Virus record (IMG/VR): IMGVR_UViG_3300027908_000011
Location: 1-44,316 of that record
Length of the DNA: 44,316 nucleotides
Source of the DNA: a virus
Reading direction: 5' to 3' (one strand)
The position numbers were made by a program, and so were the translations under genes. This document shows positions 18,758-28,051 of the stretch, piece after piece; the stretch's first letter is position 1; each line of letters starts with the position of its first letter. The notes under the pieces were generated by a model. It was not told where the DNA came from. It did no database searches and saw only the letters and a program-made list of their open reading frames with translations.

Positions 18758-21169
18758 TCACGCGACCTTGAGCCAGCCGCCACCGCCGACATAGACGAGG
18801 GTCATCTTGTCGTATTGGGTGGTGAGGGTAGGGTTCGCCGATCCATTCACCGTTCCACCAATGGTCAGCGTGTTCGCCGCCACCAGCTTGATGATGGTCA
18901 TCTGCTGGCCAACCATGGGATTGGTGGGTAACGCAAACTGGAAACTTCCGGCAGTGGTATCACATCCTACAACGCCATCGCCAAGCGTCCCATTCGAGGC
19001 GGATGCTACCGTACGATATGTGCTGAAAATGCTGCCGCGCGCCTTATCCTGCTCGACGTTTCCGCTCACCATGCATCCGCTGCCGAACGAGCTGCCGGAA
19101 AACAGATTGTAGAGGATCGGAGCCAGATCGCTGTCGCTGGTATTACCAGAGATGACAAGATCAGTTATGGTGATGGCCGACGTAGTGACGACGGAGAGCC
19201 AGTGGCCGCCATTTTCGTTGCCGAACGATGTGTTGCCATTGATCGTTCCAGAACCACCGCCAGGGTTGGTGATGACGATGGAGGTCTGCCCAGTCGTGTA
19301 GAAGTTGTTGCCCAGGACGGCGAAGCGGAACACGCCATTGATCTGGATGCCCTGACCGGCGCTCGCATTGGAGTTGCCGATCTGGTTTCCGCTGATGATC
19401 ACATCCGCCAGGTTCCCGCCGCCGGCCACGGCCGAGATATGTGCGGTCCCGAATGCGGTGATATTGTTGCCGGTGATGGCCACCCGAATAGGCGCAACGG
19501 CACCTCCGTCGACCTCGAGGCTGACGCCGAAGTTCGATGGCCCTTCCTCGCCAGCGATCTCATTGCCGACGATTGCGATATCATTGCCACCCTGCACGCG
19601 GATGCCATCGTTGCCGACGCCCCATATCGTGTTGCCGGTGATCGTGGCGAAGGTGGTGTCATTGACCACAAGCCCATCGTATCCCAGTTGCAGGTCGTTG
19701 TCGGCAATCTGCGTGCGGATGACGTTCGCCGATACGCTGATGCCAACCATCGTGGAACTCGCCGGTTGCGTCGGCAGAATGCAGTAGTTCTCGGTGATGG
19801 TTACATCCGTCATGGAGGCCGACGTGGTGGTCACGCCGATGCCGCCGCTGGTGGCGCCGCTGGTGCGATCAACCCGGTTGCCGCGAATGACAAGTCCCGT
19901 GCTGCCAGCAGTTGCATTCACGTAGATGCCCCAGCCGGTGAGCAGGCTGAACACATTGTCGGCGATCAGCACTTCGCTGATGGTGCCGGTCACGTTCACG
20001 CCGTTGCCGCCGCATCCGCTGATGTTGTTGCCCCGGATGGTGATGTTCGCGGCGGCGGTGCCCACGTTGATCGCATGGCGATAGGCGTGAATGAAGGTGA
20101 GGTCGTAGACCAGCAGATTGTTGCCGGTACAGGCGATGATATCGCCAGCCGACTGGAATCCGGCATTGCCGTTGAGCGTTCCACGTCCGAAGATCGTCGC
20201 CCCGTTCCCGGTGACGCTGAGCATCGCGGCATTGATGCCGGTGTTGAGTTGCAGCGTGGCGCCGGATGCGATCTGGATCTGCTGCGCGCCTACGGTCAGC
20301 GTGCCAGTCAGGTATGTGCCACCGGCGATCAGCAGGTTGTAGCCGGTGGTGAGCGCGGCCTGGAGATTGGTCGTGCAGACGGGGCCAGCAGCCTGAGCGC
20401 CGAACTGACGCGCGTCCACCCAATTGTTGATCACGATGAGGTTGAAGCGGCCGGTCCCACCGCCGTTCAGTGCGATGATGGTGCCACCGTTGTCCGTGCG
20501 CGTGTCCGAGGCATTCCAGAAGTAGAGCCCGCCACCGCCATCGTTCGCCGAGGTGTAGCCGGTGGTCTGGTAGATCGTGCCGCCGACGGGTGCGCTCAGT
20601 GCCTTGAGCGCCACGACGTTGGCCACGCCGGCGGTGATGCTGGTCAGGGCGCCCTGTTCGGTGGCTATCACATTGCCGGCATTGTCGAATCCGGCCAATT
20701 TCCCCGCGCGCTGAGCCGCTGCCGGCAGAGTCGTGATCAGCCCCGCCAGGCTCTCCGTCAACGGTATCTGAATCCCGTTGTTGGCCACGCGGCGGGTGGC
20801 CTGGACGCAGCGGGTCAGGTAGTCCAGCGCCGCCATGTAGGCGGCCGGACTGACGGTGGCGCCCTGCTGGAGCAGGAGCGTCTGAACCTGGGCCGGGTCA
20901 GAGCAGATGAACAGGTTGGTCCCGGTGGGGAGGTTGCCGGCCAGGAGGGTGACCGTGCCGCCGGTCGTCGGGGCTGCGCCGACTGACGGACTGACGGTGT
21001 AGTCGGTGTTCAATATCAGCGGCGTAATTGCGCCAGTGGCAACGACTTGCTGGAACAGGACCAGGTCGGTTGGCGCGCTCGTCGACCAGGTGAACGGGAA
21101 CGTGGCGGTCGAGCCAGTACCCGGGATCGACACCGCAGACGTGGTGCTGGCTACCGTCATCAGGTCCAC
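18758..21169 (-). CDS. tailspike with a right-handed parallel beta-helix (pectate-lyase-like depolymerase fold)
   Basis: The N-terminal module is typical of podovirus fibres (FPFTW...LVLFQQV...NTDYTV). Behind it are many G-N-x-I/V repeats (IRGNNISGCGGNGVNVTG, IRGNRVDRTSG, ITGNTIWGVGNDGIRVQGGN ...). Confidence 0.8.
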   Translation of the reverse strand: MDLMTVASTTSAVSIPGTGSTATFPFTWSTSAPTDLVLFQQVVATGAITPLILNTDYTVSPSVGAAPTTGGTVTLLAGNLPTGTNLFICSDPAQVQTLLLQQGATVSPAAYMAALDYLTRCVQATRRVANNGIQIPLTESLAGLITTLPAAAQRAGKLAGFDNAGNVIATEQGALTSITAGVANVVALKALSAPVGGTIYQTTGYTSANDGGGGLYFWNASDTRTDNGGTIIALNGGGTGRFNLIVINNWVDARQFGAQAAGPVCTTNLQAALTTGYNLLIAGGTYLTGTLTVGAQQIQIASGATLQLNTGINAAMLSVTGNGATIFGRGTLNGNAGFQSAGDIIACTGNNLLVYDLTFIHAYRHAINVGTAAANITIRGNNISGCGGNGVNVTGTISEVLIADNVFSLLTGWGIYVNATAGSTGLVIRGNRVDRTSGATSGGIGVTTTSASMTDVTITENYCILPTQPASSTMVGISVSANVIRTQIADNDLQLGYDGLVVNDTTFATITGNTIWGVGNDGIRVQGGNDIAIVGNEIAGEEGPSNFGVSLEVDGGAVAPIRVAITGNNITAFGTAHISAVAGGGNLADVIISGNQIGNSNASAGQGIQINGVFRFAVLGNNFYTTGQTSIVITNPGGGSGTINGNTSFGNENGGHWLSVVTTSAITITDLVISGNTSDSDLAPILYNLFSGSSFGSGCMVSGNVEQDKARGSIFSTYRTVASASNGTLGDGVVGCDTTAGSFQFALPTNPMVGQQMTIIKLVAANTLTIGGTVNGSANPTLTTQYDKMTLVYVGGGGWLKVA

Positions 21170-21220
21170 CTATGCGCGCACGCTATTGACTTTCGCCAGA
21201 AAGTCCACCCGGCGCATGGA

Positions 21221-24200
21221 TCACTTCTTGGCCGGCGGCCCCATCGAGTCGAACCAGAGCTGATGCAGCAGGTCGGCGCGGTGACGGGCGCTGTACTCGA
21301 TGCCATCCCACGTCCTGAACACTTGGCTGGTCGGGGTCGGGAAGATGTCGCCGGCGGCCTTGCCGTACGCCTTCAGCGATCCCTTGGCGGTCTTGTGCTC
21401 CGGCTTCTCGTTGGCGTACTCGATCGCCTTCTGCAGGTTGGTCACCCAGGCAGCACCTGCGAAGCCCTCGACGTGGCCGCCTGTGACTGCCGGCGCCAGG
21501 TCGCGCGCGATCGGGATGCCGCGCATCATGGTCTCTGCGGCTGAGACCGGCACCTTCTTGGCCAGTGACATGCCCTTCCACTCGGCCATGTCCTTGCCTT
21601 CCAGAGTGTCGTAGATGTAGTCCCAGCCCATGGTGCTGAGCGCGGCGAGCACGAACGCACCGGCGGCGCCCGACAGGATGTGGCCGATGTCGCCACGCTG
21701 GGCGCCGTAGCGCACGCGGTTGACGTTGCCGACCACGCCGTTCAGCACCGCTATGTCGTAGGACATGCTGCTGGTCAGCATCTTGCCCCAGACGCCGCCC
21801 ATGCGCTCGATCTCGGTCATGTCCTTCTGCTTGCGGCTGCCGAACAGTGATTCAACGATCTGATCAGCGACGCGGACTGACGTGGCGTGATCGTTGCCCG
21901 ACTCGCTCATATGCTGGTCGTAGGCGCCGCTCCAGGCGACGTTGTCCAGGTGTTCCCAGATTTTGGTGACAGCCCACATGCCGATCTTGTCCATGAACGT
22001 ACGGACTGCACCGGACAGCGGACTGTGGTTGATCAGTCCATTGCGCGTCTGATTGCGGAAGCGCATCGTCGCCGACTGTTCGTGGATCCACGCGGCTTTC
22101 GAGCTCCACGGACCGCGCAGGCTCATCTGGGCCTGGGCGGCGCCAATGCGCAGCGCTGGCACCCGGGCGAAGATGTTGGCGAAGCCCGACAGGTGCGCGA
22201 CAGCGAACATCGGATTCAGTCCGCGATGACTGTAGTTGACCATGATGCGCATGGCTTCCATGCCGCGCTCGAAGCCGGTCACCGCGACCTTGTCGCCGCC
22301 GGCGAGACCCCGCGCCTGGTTGATCATCTGCTGGTAGACGCCCGCCCCCCAGTGCTGGATGATAGACGCCTTCAAGTCCTTGTTGGTCAACGTCTTGAGC
22401 TGATTCAGCACGGCGTCACGGTGCGTCAGGTCGTGGGTCATCTCGTTGATGTGACGGTTCCAGTTCCCGGATCCCAGGTCCAGCACCTTGCCGGTCACCG
22501 CCTGCGCGCGCTCCTTGGTGTAGCCCGGGATGTGGACGTTCTGGCGGTAGCCCTCGCCGTCGATCGTCTGCTGCGCCAGGTGTTCCAACGTGGTGGCGGT
22601 GTCGCCGACGTAGTAGATCCGCTGGTAGCCGCCCTTGTAGGTGCCGTTGGGCAGTTCGACCGGGATCGACTCGACCTTCCGCGGCGCGATGCCGTTGTAC
22701 TTCTCCTCCATCGCCTTGATGTCGGACCAGTGCGAGCCCAGGATGTCGACCATGTCGTTGGCGAGCTTGATGTCCTTCGCCGACAGTCCGTCGACGATCT
22801 TGTGGACAACGCCGTCGTCCCAGCGATTCAGGTCCAGCAGGCGCTGGCGGCCTTCCGGGTTGCCGTAGTGCATCAGCGTCACGATGCGGTCGCGCATGCT
22901 CATCGCGCGGTCGACGCCGGGGATCTCGCGCTTGACGACGTAGCCGATCGAATTGAACGACCCGTGCTCGTCCAGCGCGGTCTTCATGCGCGTCTCAAGA
23001 TCATTGCGCATGATCATCATCTTGTCGCTGGCCTCGGCGAACGGGAACAGCATGTGCTCCTGGACGGGGCCGGCGTTCTTGAAACCGTCCATCTCCCACA
23101 GGATGCGCGGGATCTGGATCAGGATGTCCCTGGTGCTGCCCAGCGCGTTGCGCGTGTCGGTCGTCAGTCCGTGCGTGCCGTCAGGATTCCTCGGCCGCTT
23201 GAAGGCGTTGGCGGTGATCGTGCCGACCAGCTCCTTGACCTTCTCCAGCAGGTCAGTCGCGCCGGTGCTGGTCATCAGCTTGTACTTCAGGTTGGCCTTC
23301 TCGGCGACCGCGTCGACCGCGGCACGCAGGTCGTGCAGCTTGGCGATCGACATGTCGCGCCAGTTCTGGCGACTGACGTCGTTCAGGATCGACTCCGGGA
23401 TGTGCGCGACAGACCCGTTGCTGATGAAGTCGCCGTTCTCATCGCGCACCGTCGAGCTCGACTGCAGCCAGTCGGCGAACGACTGACGCTTGCGCACGTC
23501 GCCGGGCGCCCGCTGCTTCAGGTCGTAGCGCTCCAGGAGCTGGTCGATCTGGTCGATGTAGGCGCTGAAACGCTCGTAGGTGCCGCGGGAATTGGTCGCG
23601 GCTTCCTGCGCGCGCTGCTGGCTGGACTTGCCGCCGACCGTCCCGGAGAAATCTTCCTGCCGGCCATCGGGGTGTGTGACACTCCAGCCGTAGCCTCCGG
23701 CCTTGCCGATCTTGGCCCGCAGGTCGGGATTGCGCACGAACTCGTACAGCCGCTTGCGGTCGCGCGCCGCGACGTCTTGGGCCTTCTGCGCAGAGCGCAT
23801 CAGTTCGGCGTTCATCATCTGTCGGCGCTTGGCGTCCAGGGCGGTGACGTAATCCTTCTTGGCCATCGCCTCGGCGTACTTGATCGCCCAGTGGCGCTCG
23901 CCGGCCTGGAAGCGATCGGGCTGGTAGTCCGCCAGGCTGAGCTTGGTGCGCGCCACCACATCGTTCGCCGCGACGCGAATCGCCTTGCGCTCTGGCCGTC
24001 CGGTGCGCGGATCGTTCAGTCGCTGGATGTCGGCGAGCTCGGCGTTGGCTTTGACCTTGGCCGCCAGGTCCGGCAGCCGCTGAATCTTCTCCAGCCGGGC
24101 CAGTCTGGACTGTTCGCTGTCAGCGCCGGCGCCGCGCTTCTCCATCAGCTTCTGTTCAGCTTCAGCGGCCTTGGCCTCGGCGAAGTCAGCTTCGTCGGCC

Positions 24201-27200
24201 GCCAGCTTCTGCTTCAGCAGCTTGTAGGTGTGCTCGCGCTCGATGTCCATGCGCTTGGTGCGCACGTCGTGATCGTGCAGCGCGCGCTGGCCTTCCTGCT
24301 TCATCAGCTCGGGATCCTTCATCGGATCCTGCAGCTTGTCCGCCATGATCGCGTCGGTCTTGCGATCGATGCGCGCCTCGCGGTCTTCCGCGTCGATCAT
24401 GTCGCGCAGCATCTCCTCGCCGTGCGCGTAGCCCAGTTCGGGGGCTACGTTGTCCGGCAGGCGCGCGCCGTTGTCGGCGTTGCTGGTGAAGATCGATCGG
24501 CCGCGGTTCTTCTTGTCCTTGCCGGGACCGGGCAGCTTCTCGGTGTCCTCCTTGCCCAGGATCTTCTCGACCTCGGCACGATCGATCTTCATCGACTGCG
24601 GGATCTCGCGCCCGTCCCAGGTGCGCCCGTCCTGCAGGGCGGTGATCGCCTGATAGACCTTCTCCTGGCCGACCTGTTCCTCGACGATCGCGCGCTGCTT
24701 GGCCCGCTCGTCCTTGAACTGCTGGGACGCCGCGCGCCGGCGAATGTCCATCAGATTGCGCCGCAGGGCTTCCGCCTCCTGCTCGCGCTCGTCGGACAGC
24801 AGCGCCTGATACGACGCCCATTCGGCATCAGTTGCGCCCATCTCGTCCTTGGTCTTGAAGGCCGCTTCGTCAGCGACGCTATGGCGCGCATTGGCCAGCT
24901 CGCGCTCGCTGGCCAGCAGGCGGTCGAACACGTCGCGCATCGCCGGGCTGATCTCGACGCCCAGAGCGCGCACATCCTTGTAGACGCCCTTCGACCACTG
25001 CATGAACTGACCGAAGACGCGGCGCAGGCCGATGCTCGGTGCGACGCCTTCCATGACGTAGCGCTCCCAGCCCTTGGCGAACGTCTCGTCCGGCTTCGAC
25101 AGTTCCTTCATGCGCTCGGACTGTTCGGCGGTCGGCTCTTTGTCGCCGATCGTCCGCTGCAGGTCCGCCAGCTCACGGTTCATCGCCAGCATGTTCTCAT
25201 GGGTGCCGTATCCCGACCACTCCAGCATGGTCTGGTACATGTCCTTGAGCTTCTGCGGCGCGTCCGGGCGCGTGGCGATCGTCGACAGGACGCCGCGGAA
25301 GAAATGCCCCAGCTCATGCAGCGCCGTGCTCTCGTTCGATCCCTGCATCAGTTCGATGACTGACGACAGGTCGTGTCCCATGCTGAAAGCACCGCGCTCC
25401 CCCTGGCGCATGACTGCCGGCGTGCCTTCGCCCAGCGGCTTGCCCTCGGTGGCCTCCATGCTCTTGCCGGCGGCTTCCACGTTCTTGGGTACACCGCGCT
25501 CGATCAGCTGCTCGGGCCGCACGCTGTGGCTGAACTCCGGCGACTTGTAGATTTCCTTCAGCGCGTTGTCGATCAGCCCTTCGACGTGTCCCGGGTCAAG
25601 TCCCTGTCGGCGGGATTCTTCGTGCTGAGCTTCGACGCCAGCTTTGTGGGCTTCAGCGTAGGGAACACCAGCGCGCAGCTGCTCCGCTTCCCGGTGCTCC
25701 AGTGCGACCAGGGAGAGACGCGCTTCTGCTGGGATGCGAGAATCGATGATTGCAGCATGGTCGGTCTCGCTGTAGTGGCTGCCCAGGCCGGACTTGCCGA
25801 TGATGTAGCGCTGGCCGGTGGGCGACACCTGCGCCTCGTCCTTGGGCTTGACGCCCTGGCCCATGATGTCCTTGTGCGCAGCCGTCACGCGCTCCTTGAT
25901 CCCACGCAGGATCTCGACGTTCGGCTGGGCAACCGGGTCCAGGCCCATCGACGTCAGTGCGCTGCGCACGGCGTGGTGCATCGGATCGTCGCCAGGACCG
26001 GCGGTGCGCAGGGTGTCCAGGATCTTGGGCAGACCGCCGCTCTCGATCGACTGACGCAGGATGTCCGGCAGCGCCTTCACGATGCGCAGGCGGAACTGAT
26101 CGTACAGGTCAGTGGGACTGATGGCGTTCTGCTGGGTCTTCGCGCGCTCGTCGTTGACCATGTCCGCCAGCCGGCCGAAGAACTTGCGCGTCAGGTCGCC
26201 CAGGTTGGTGGCGCGCTCCTCGGACTCGCCGGCCGCCAGGAACTGCCGGCGCACCTCGTCGTGGATCATCTGCCCGCGCGGATCATCAGCGCCTCGGCCG
26301 GGCTGAATCTCCATCGCAGCGAGCACCTTCGCGCGCTCCAGCATGCGCTGATCGTTGGTCTCGCGGTCCTGGAAGAACCGTGCGGCTTCAGCGGCGTTCG
26401 GCGCGTCAGCGCTCGGCCTGAACTGGGTCGCCAGGCGATTCGGATCCTTGGACTCAGCGATCAGCGACAGCGTCTGACGCAGCGTCAGTGCCATGCGGGC
26501 GTTCAGGTCAGTCGCTTCCCGGTAGGCGTCGCCCAGTCCGGCGCGCTCAGCCTCGATCAGCGGATCCTTGCCCTGGTCGCGCATGTGGTTGTCGAACTCC
26601 TCGGCCTGCAGGAACCGCGGCGACTGATTGCCGAACCGGCCGGCGATCTGGTCGATCAGCAGGGCAACCTCCTGGGGACTGCGCTCGGCGGACTTCGCGG
26701 AATTGATGGCGGCGGCCGCCTGGGCCAGCTTGGAGGCGTCCTGCAGCACCGCGGCGTTCGATAGCACCTCCATGTGGCGGGCGGTCACGAACGCTTCGTG
26801 CGCGCCGGTGAACGAGAACGCTGCGCCGCCCAGGCCGCCGGCGACCCCCGATTCCAGGGCCTCGCTGGCGGTCGGCGTGCGGCCTTGGGTCAGGATGTCC
26901 TGGGCCCCCGTCGACAGGACGTTCTGGGTCGCGCCCAGTGTGGTCTGCTTGGAGAAGTCCGTCAGCCAGTCCCGGATCGGGTCGGCTGACCAGGGTTCCG
27001 CCTCGAACTGACGCAGCGGCCCGACGTGCTGGAACGCCCGGCCGAACAGGTAGCCCAGCGCCCCCTGGACGGCGGCGTTGGCGGTATTGGCCAGGGCGCC
27101 GGCGCGCTCGCTGGCCGGGGTGTTCTGGATGTCCTGCAACGTCTGCAACGATGCTTGCTCGCCCATGACCAGGGCGGCACCCTTCGCCGCGGCCGCGCCT

Positions 27201-28051
27201 GATCCGGCTTGCTCCAGGATGCCCGTTGCGCCGTAGGAAAGGCCCTTCCCAGCCACGATCGCCGCGTCGAGGGCCTTGGTGGACTGAACGGCGAGCTGTG
27301 CCCCCTTGAGGGGCGGCAGGAGCATTGCCGGCAGGTCGCCGACCATCCCGGCCAGGTTGCCGACCGTCCGGCGCATGGCATCGGGGGGTGCGTAGGTCGC
27401 TTCCGCCCGCGCCTGGTCGGTCATCCGGTCGACGTTGTGGTAGAACATCCCCAGCGGGGTGTACAGCCAGGGTTCGCCGGTGATGCCGAAGATGTCACGG
27501 CCGACGACCTGCGCTGAGGCGATGCCAGTGCCGGCGGTCAGCATGTTGATCAGCGACAGTGCCTTGTTGCGCATCGCCGGCGCGATCACGCCCTTGAGCC
27601 ACGGCAGGGCCTCGCTGGGCTCCTCGGGCTGCGGCATCGGCTGGATGGCCTGGACTGACGTCGACAGCGCACGCAGGTTCGGCACGTCGTCCTTGCCGAT
27701 GGCAGCGTGCGTCGGATCAGACAGCCAGTCGGCCAGTTGCTTGTGGTACTCCTGGATCGCCGGCAGGTCGGCGGACTGCTGGTCGAACCGCGCCTGGACC
27801 TCGGCGAAGTCCTTGGTGGAGAACGCCGCCGGGTTGATCCCGGCGCGGCGGGCGACGGCGGCGGCCTTGGCGGCCATATCGGGAGAGACACCGGCGGCGG
27901 ACTGCTGCGCGGCGGCCATCGACGGAACCGCGTTCGGCGTCCCGTCCAGCTCGCGCAGCGTGTCATTCACGCCAGCCTGATCGGCCTGCGGTTTGGGCTG
28001 CGGATCAGTCGGCTTGTCGAGCTCGCTCAGGGTGTCGTCGAGACCGGCCAT
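21221..28051 (-). CDS. giant internal/ejected virion protein, 2276 aa, with an HExxH zincin-like motif
   Basis: Its position is gp16-like, after two smaller internal proteins. The motif ALHELGHFF lies at residues about 910-918 (nt 25304-25318). There are long helical charged regions and a hydrophobic C-terminal part. Confidence 0.75.
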   Translation of the reverse strand: MAGLDDTLSELDKPTDPQPKPQADQAGVNDTLRELDGTPNAVPSMAAAQQSAAGVSPDMAAKAAAVARRAGINPAAFSTKDFAEVQARFDQQSADLPAIQEYHKQLADWLSDPTHAAIGKDDVPNLRALSTSVQAIQPMPQPEEPSEALPWLKGVIAPAMRNKALSLINMLTAGTGIASAQVVGRDIFGITGEPWLYTPLGMFYHNVDRMTDQARAEATYAPPDAMRRTVGNLAGMVGDLPAMLLPPLKGAQLAVQSTKALDAAIVAGKGLSYGATGILEQAGSGAAAAKGAALVMGEQASLQTLQDIQNTPASERAGALANTANAAVQGALGYLFGRAFQHVGPLRQFEAEPWSADPIRDWLTDFSKQTTLGATQNVLSTGAQDILTQGRTPTASEALESGVAGGLGGAAFSFTGAHEAFVTARHMEVLSNAAVLQDASKLAQAAAAINSAKSAERSPQEVALLIDQIAGRFGNQSPRFLQAEEFDNHMRDQGKDPLIEAERAGLGDAYREATDLNARMALTLRQTLSLIAESKDPNRLATQFRPSADAPNAAEAARFFQDRETNDQRMLERAKVLAAMEIQPGRGADDPRGQMIHDEVRRQFLAAGESEERATNLGDLTRKFFGRLADMVNDERAKTQQNAISPTDLYDQFRLRIVKALPDILRQSIESGGLPKILDTLRTAGPGDDPMHHAVRSALTSMGLDPVAQPNVEILRGIKERVTAAHKDIMGQGVKPKDEAQVSPTGQRYIIGKSGLGSHYSETDHAAIIDSRIPAEARLSLVALEHREAEQLRAGVPYAEAHKAGVEAQHEESRRQGLDPGHVEGLIDNALKEIYKSPEFSHSVRPEQLIERGVPKNVEAAGKSMEATEGKPLGEGTPAVMRQGERGAFSMGHDLSSVIELMQGSNESTALHELGHFFRGVLSTIATRPDAPQKLKDMYQTMLEWSGYGTHENMLAMNRELADLQRTIGDKEPTAEQSERMKELSKPDETFAKGWERYVMEGVAPSIGLRRVFGQFMQWSKGVYKDVRALGVEISPAMRDVFDRLLASERELANARHSVADEAAFKTKDEMGATDAEWASYQALLSDEREQEAEALRRNLMDIRRRAASQQFKDERAKQRAIVEEQVGQEKVYQAITALQDGRTWDGREIPQSMKIDRAEVEKILGKEDTEKLPGPGKDKKNRGRSIFTSNADNGARLPDNVAPELGYAHGEEMLRDMIDAEDREARIDRKTDAIMADKLQDPMKDPELMKQEGQRALHDHDVRTKRMDIEREHTYKLLKQKLAADEADFAEAKAAEAEQKLMEKRGAGADSEQSRLARLEKIQRLPDLAAKVKANAELADIQRLNDPRTGRPERKAIRVAANDVVARTKLSLADYQPDRFQAGERHWAIKYAEAMAKKDYVTALDAKRRQMMNAELMRSAQKAQDVAARDRKRLYEFVRNPDLRAKIGKAGGYGWSVTHPDGRQEDFSGTVGGKSSQQRAQEAATNSRGTYERFSAYIDQIDQLLERYDLKQRAPGDVRKRQSFADWLQSSSTVRDENGDFISNGSVAHIPESILNDVSRQNWRDMSIAKLHDLRAAVDAVAEKANLKYKLMTSTGATDLLEKVKELVGTITANAFKRPRNPDGTHGLTTDTRNALGSTRDILIQIPRILWEMDGFKNAGPVQEHMLFPFAEASDKMMIMRNDLETRMKTALDEHGSFNSIGYVVKREIPGVDRAMSMRDRIVTLMHYGNPEGRQRLLDLNRWDDGVVHKIVDGLSAKDIKLANDMVDILGSHWSDIKAMEEKYNGIAPRKVESIPVELPNGTYKGGYQRIYYVGDTATTLEHLAQQTIDGEGYRQNVHIPGYTKERAQAVTGKVLDLGSGNWNRHINEMTHDLTHRDAVLNQLKTLTNKDLKASIIQHWGAGVYQQMINQARGLAGGDKVAVTGFERGMEAMRIMVNYSHRGLNPMFAVAHLSGFANIFARVPALRIGAAQAQMSLRGPWSSKAAWIHEQSATMRFRNQTRNGLINHSPLSGAVRTFMDKIGMWAVTKIWEHLDNVAWSGAYDQHMSESGNDHATSVRVADQIVESLFGSRKQKDMTEIERMGGVWGKMLTSSMSYDIAVLNGVVGNVNRVRYGAQRGDIGHILSGAAGAFVLAALSTMGWDYIYDTLEGKDMAEWKGMSLAKKVPVSAAETMMRGIPIARDLAPAVTGGHVEGFAGAAWVTNLQKAIEYANEKPEHKTAKGSLKAYGKAAGDIFPTPTSQVFRTWDGIEYSARHRADLLHQLWFDSMGPPAKK

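Noticed and set aside
15565-21169. A diversity-generating retroelement, as in BPP-1-type podophages, which would need a variable repeat at a fibre C-terminus plus a template repeat and a reverse transcriptase.
   Set aside because: No ORF with reverse-transcriptase motifs (YxDD) is visible anywhere. I found no second copy of either fibre's 3' end by eye. An exhaustive repeat search was not possible.
21887-25363. Very long plus-strand ORFs antisense to structural genes. These are 21887..25363 (1158 aa), 25373..26764, 27707..28921, 15832..17655, 19202..20986, 12090..13106 and 36419..37594, among others.
   Set aside because: They are shadow ORFs typical of GC-rich DNA. Their composition is Arg/Gly/Ala/Val/Asp-rich with no motifs, and each is fully covered by a minus-strand ORF with clear family signatures and operon coupling.
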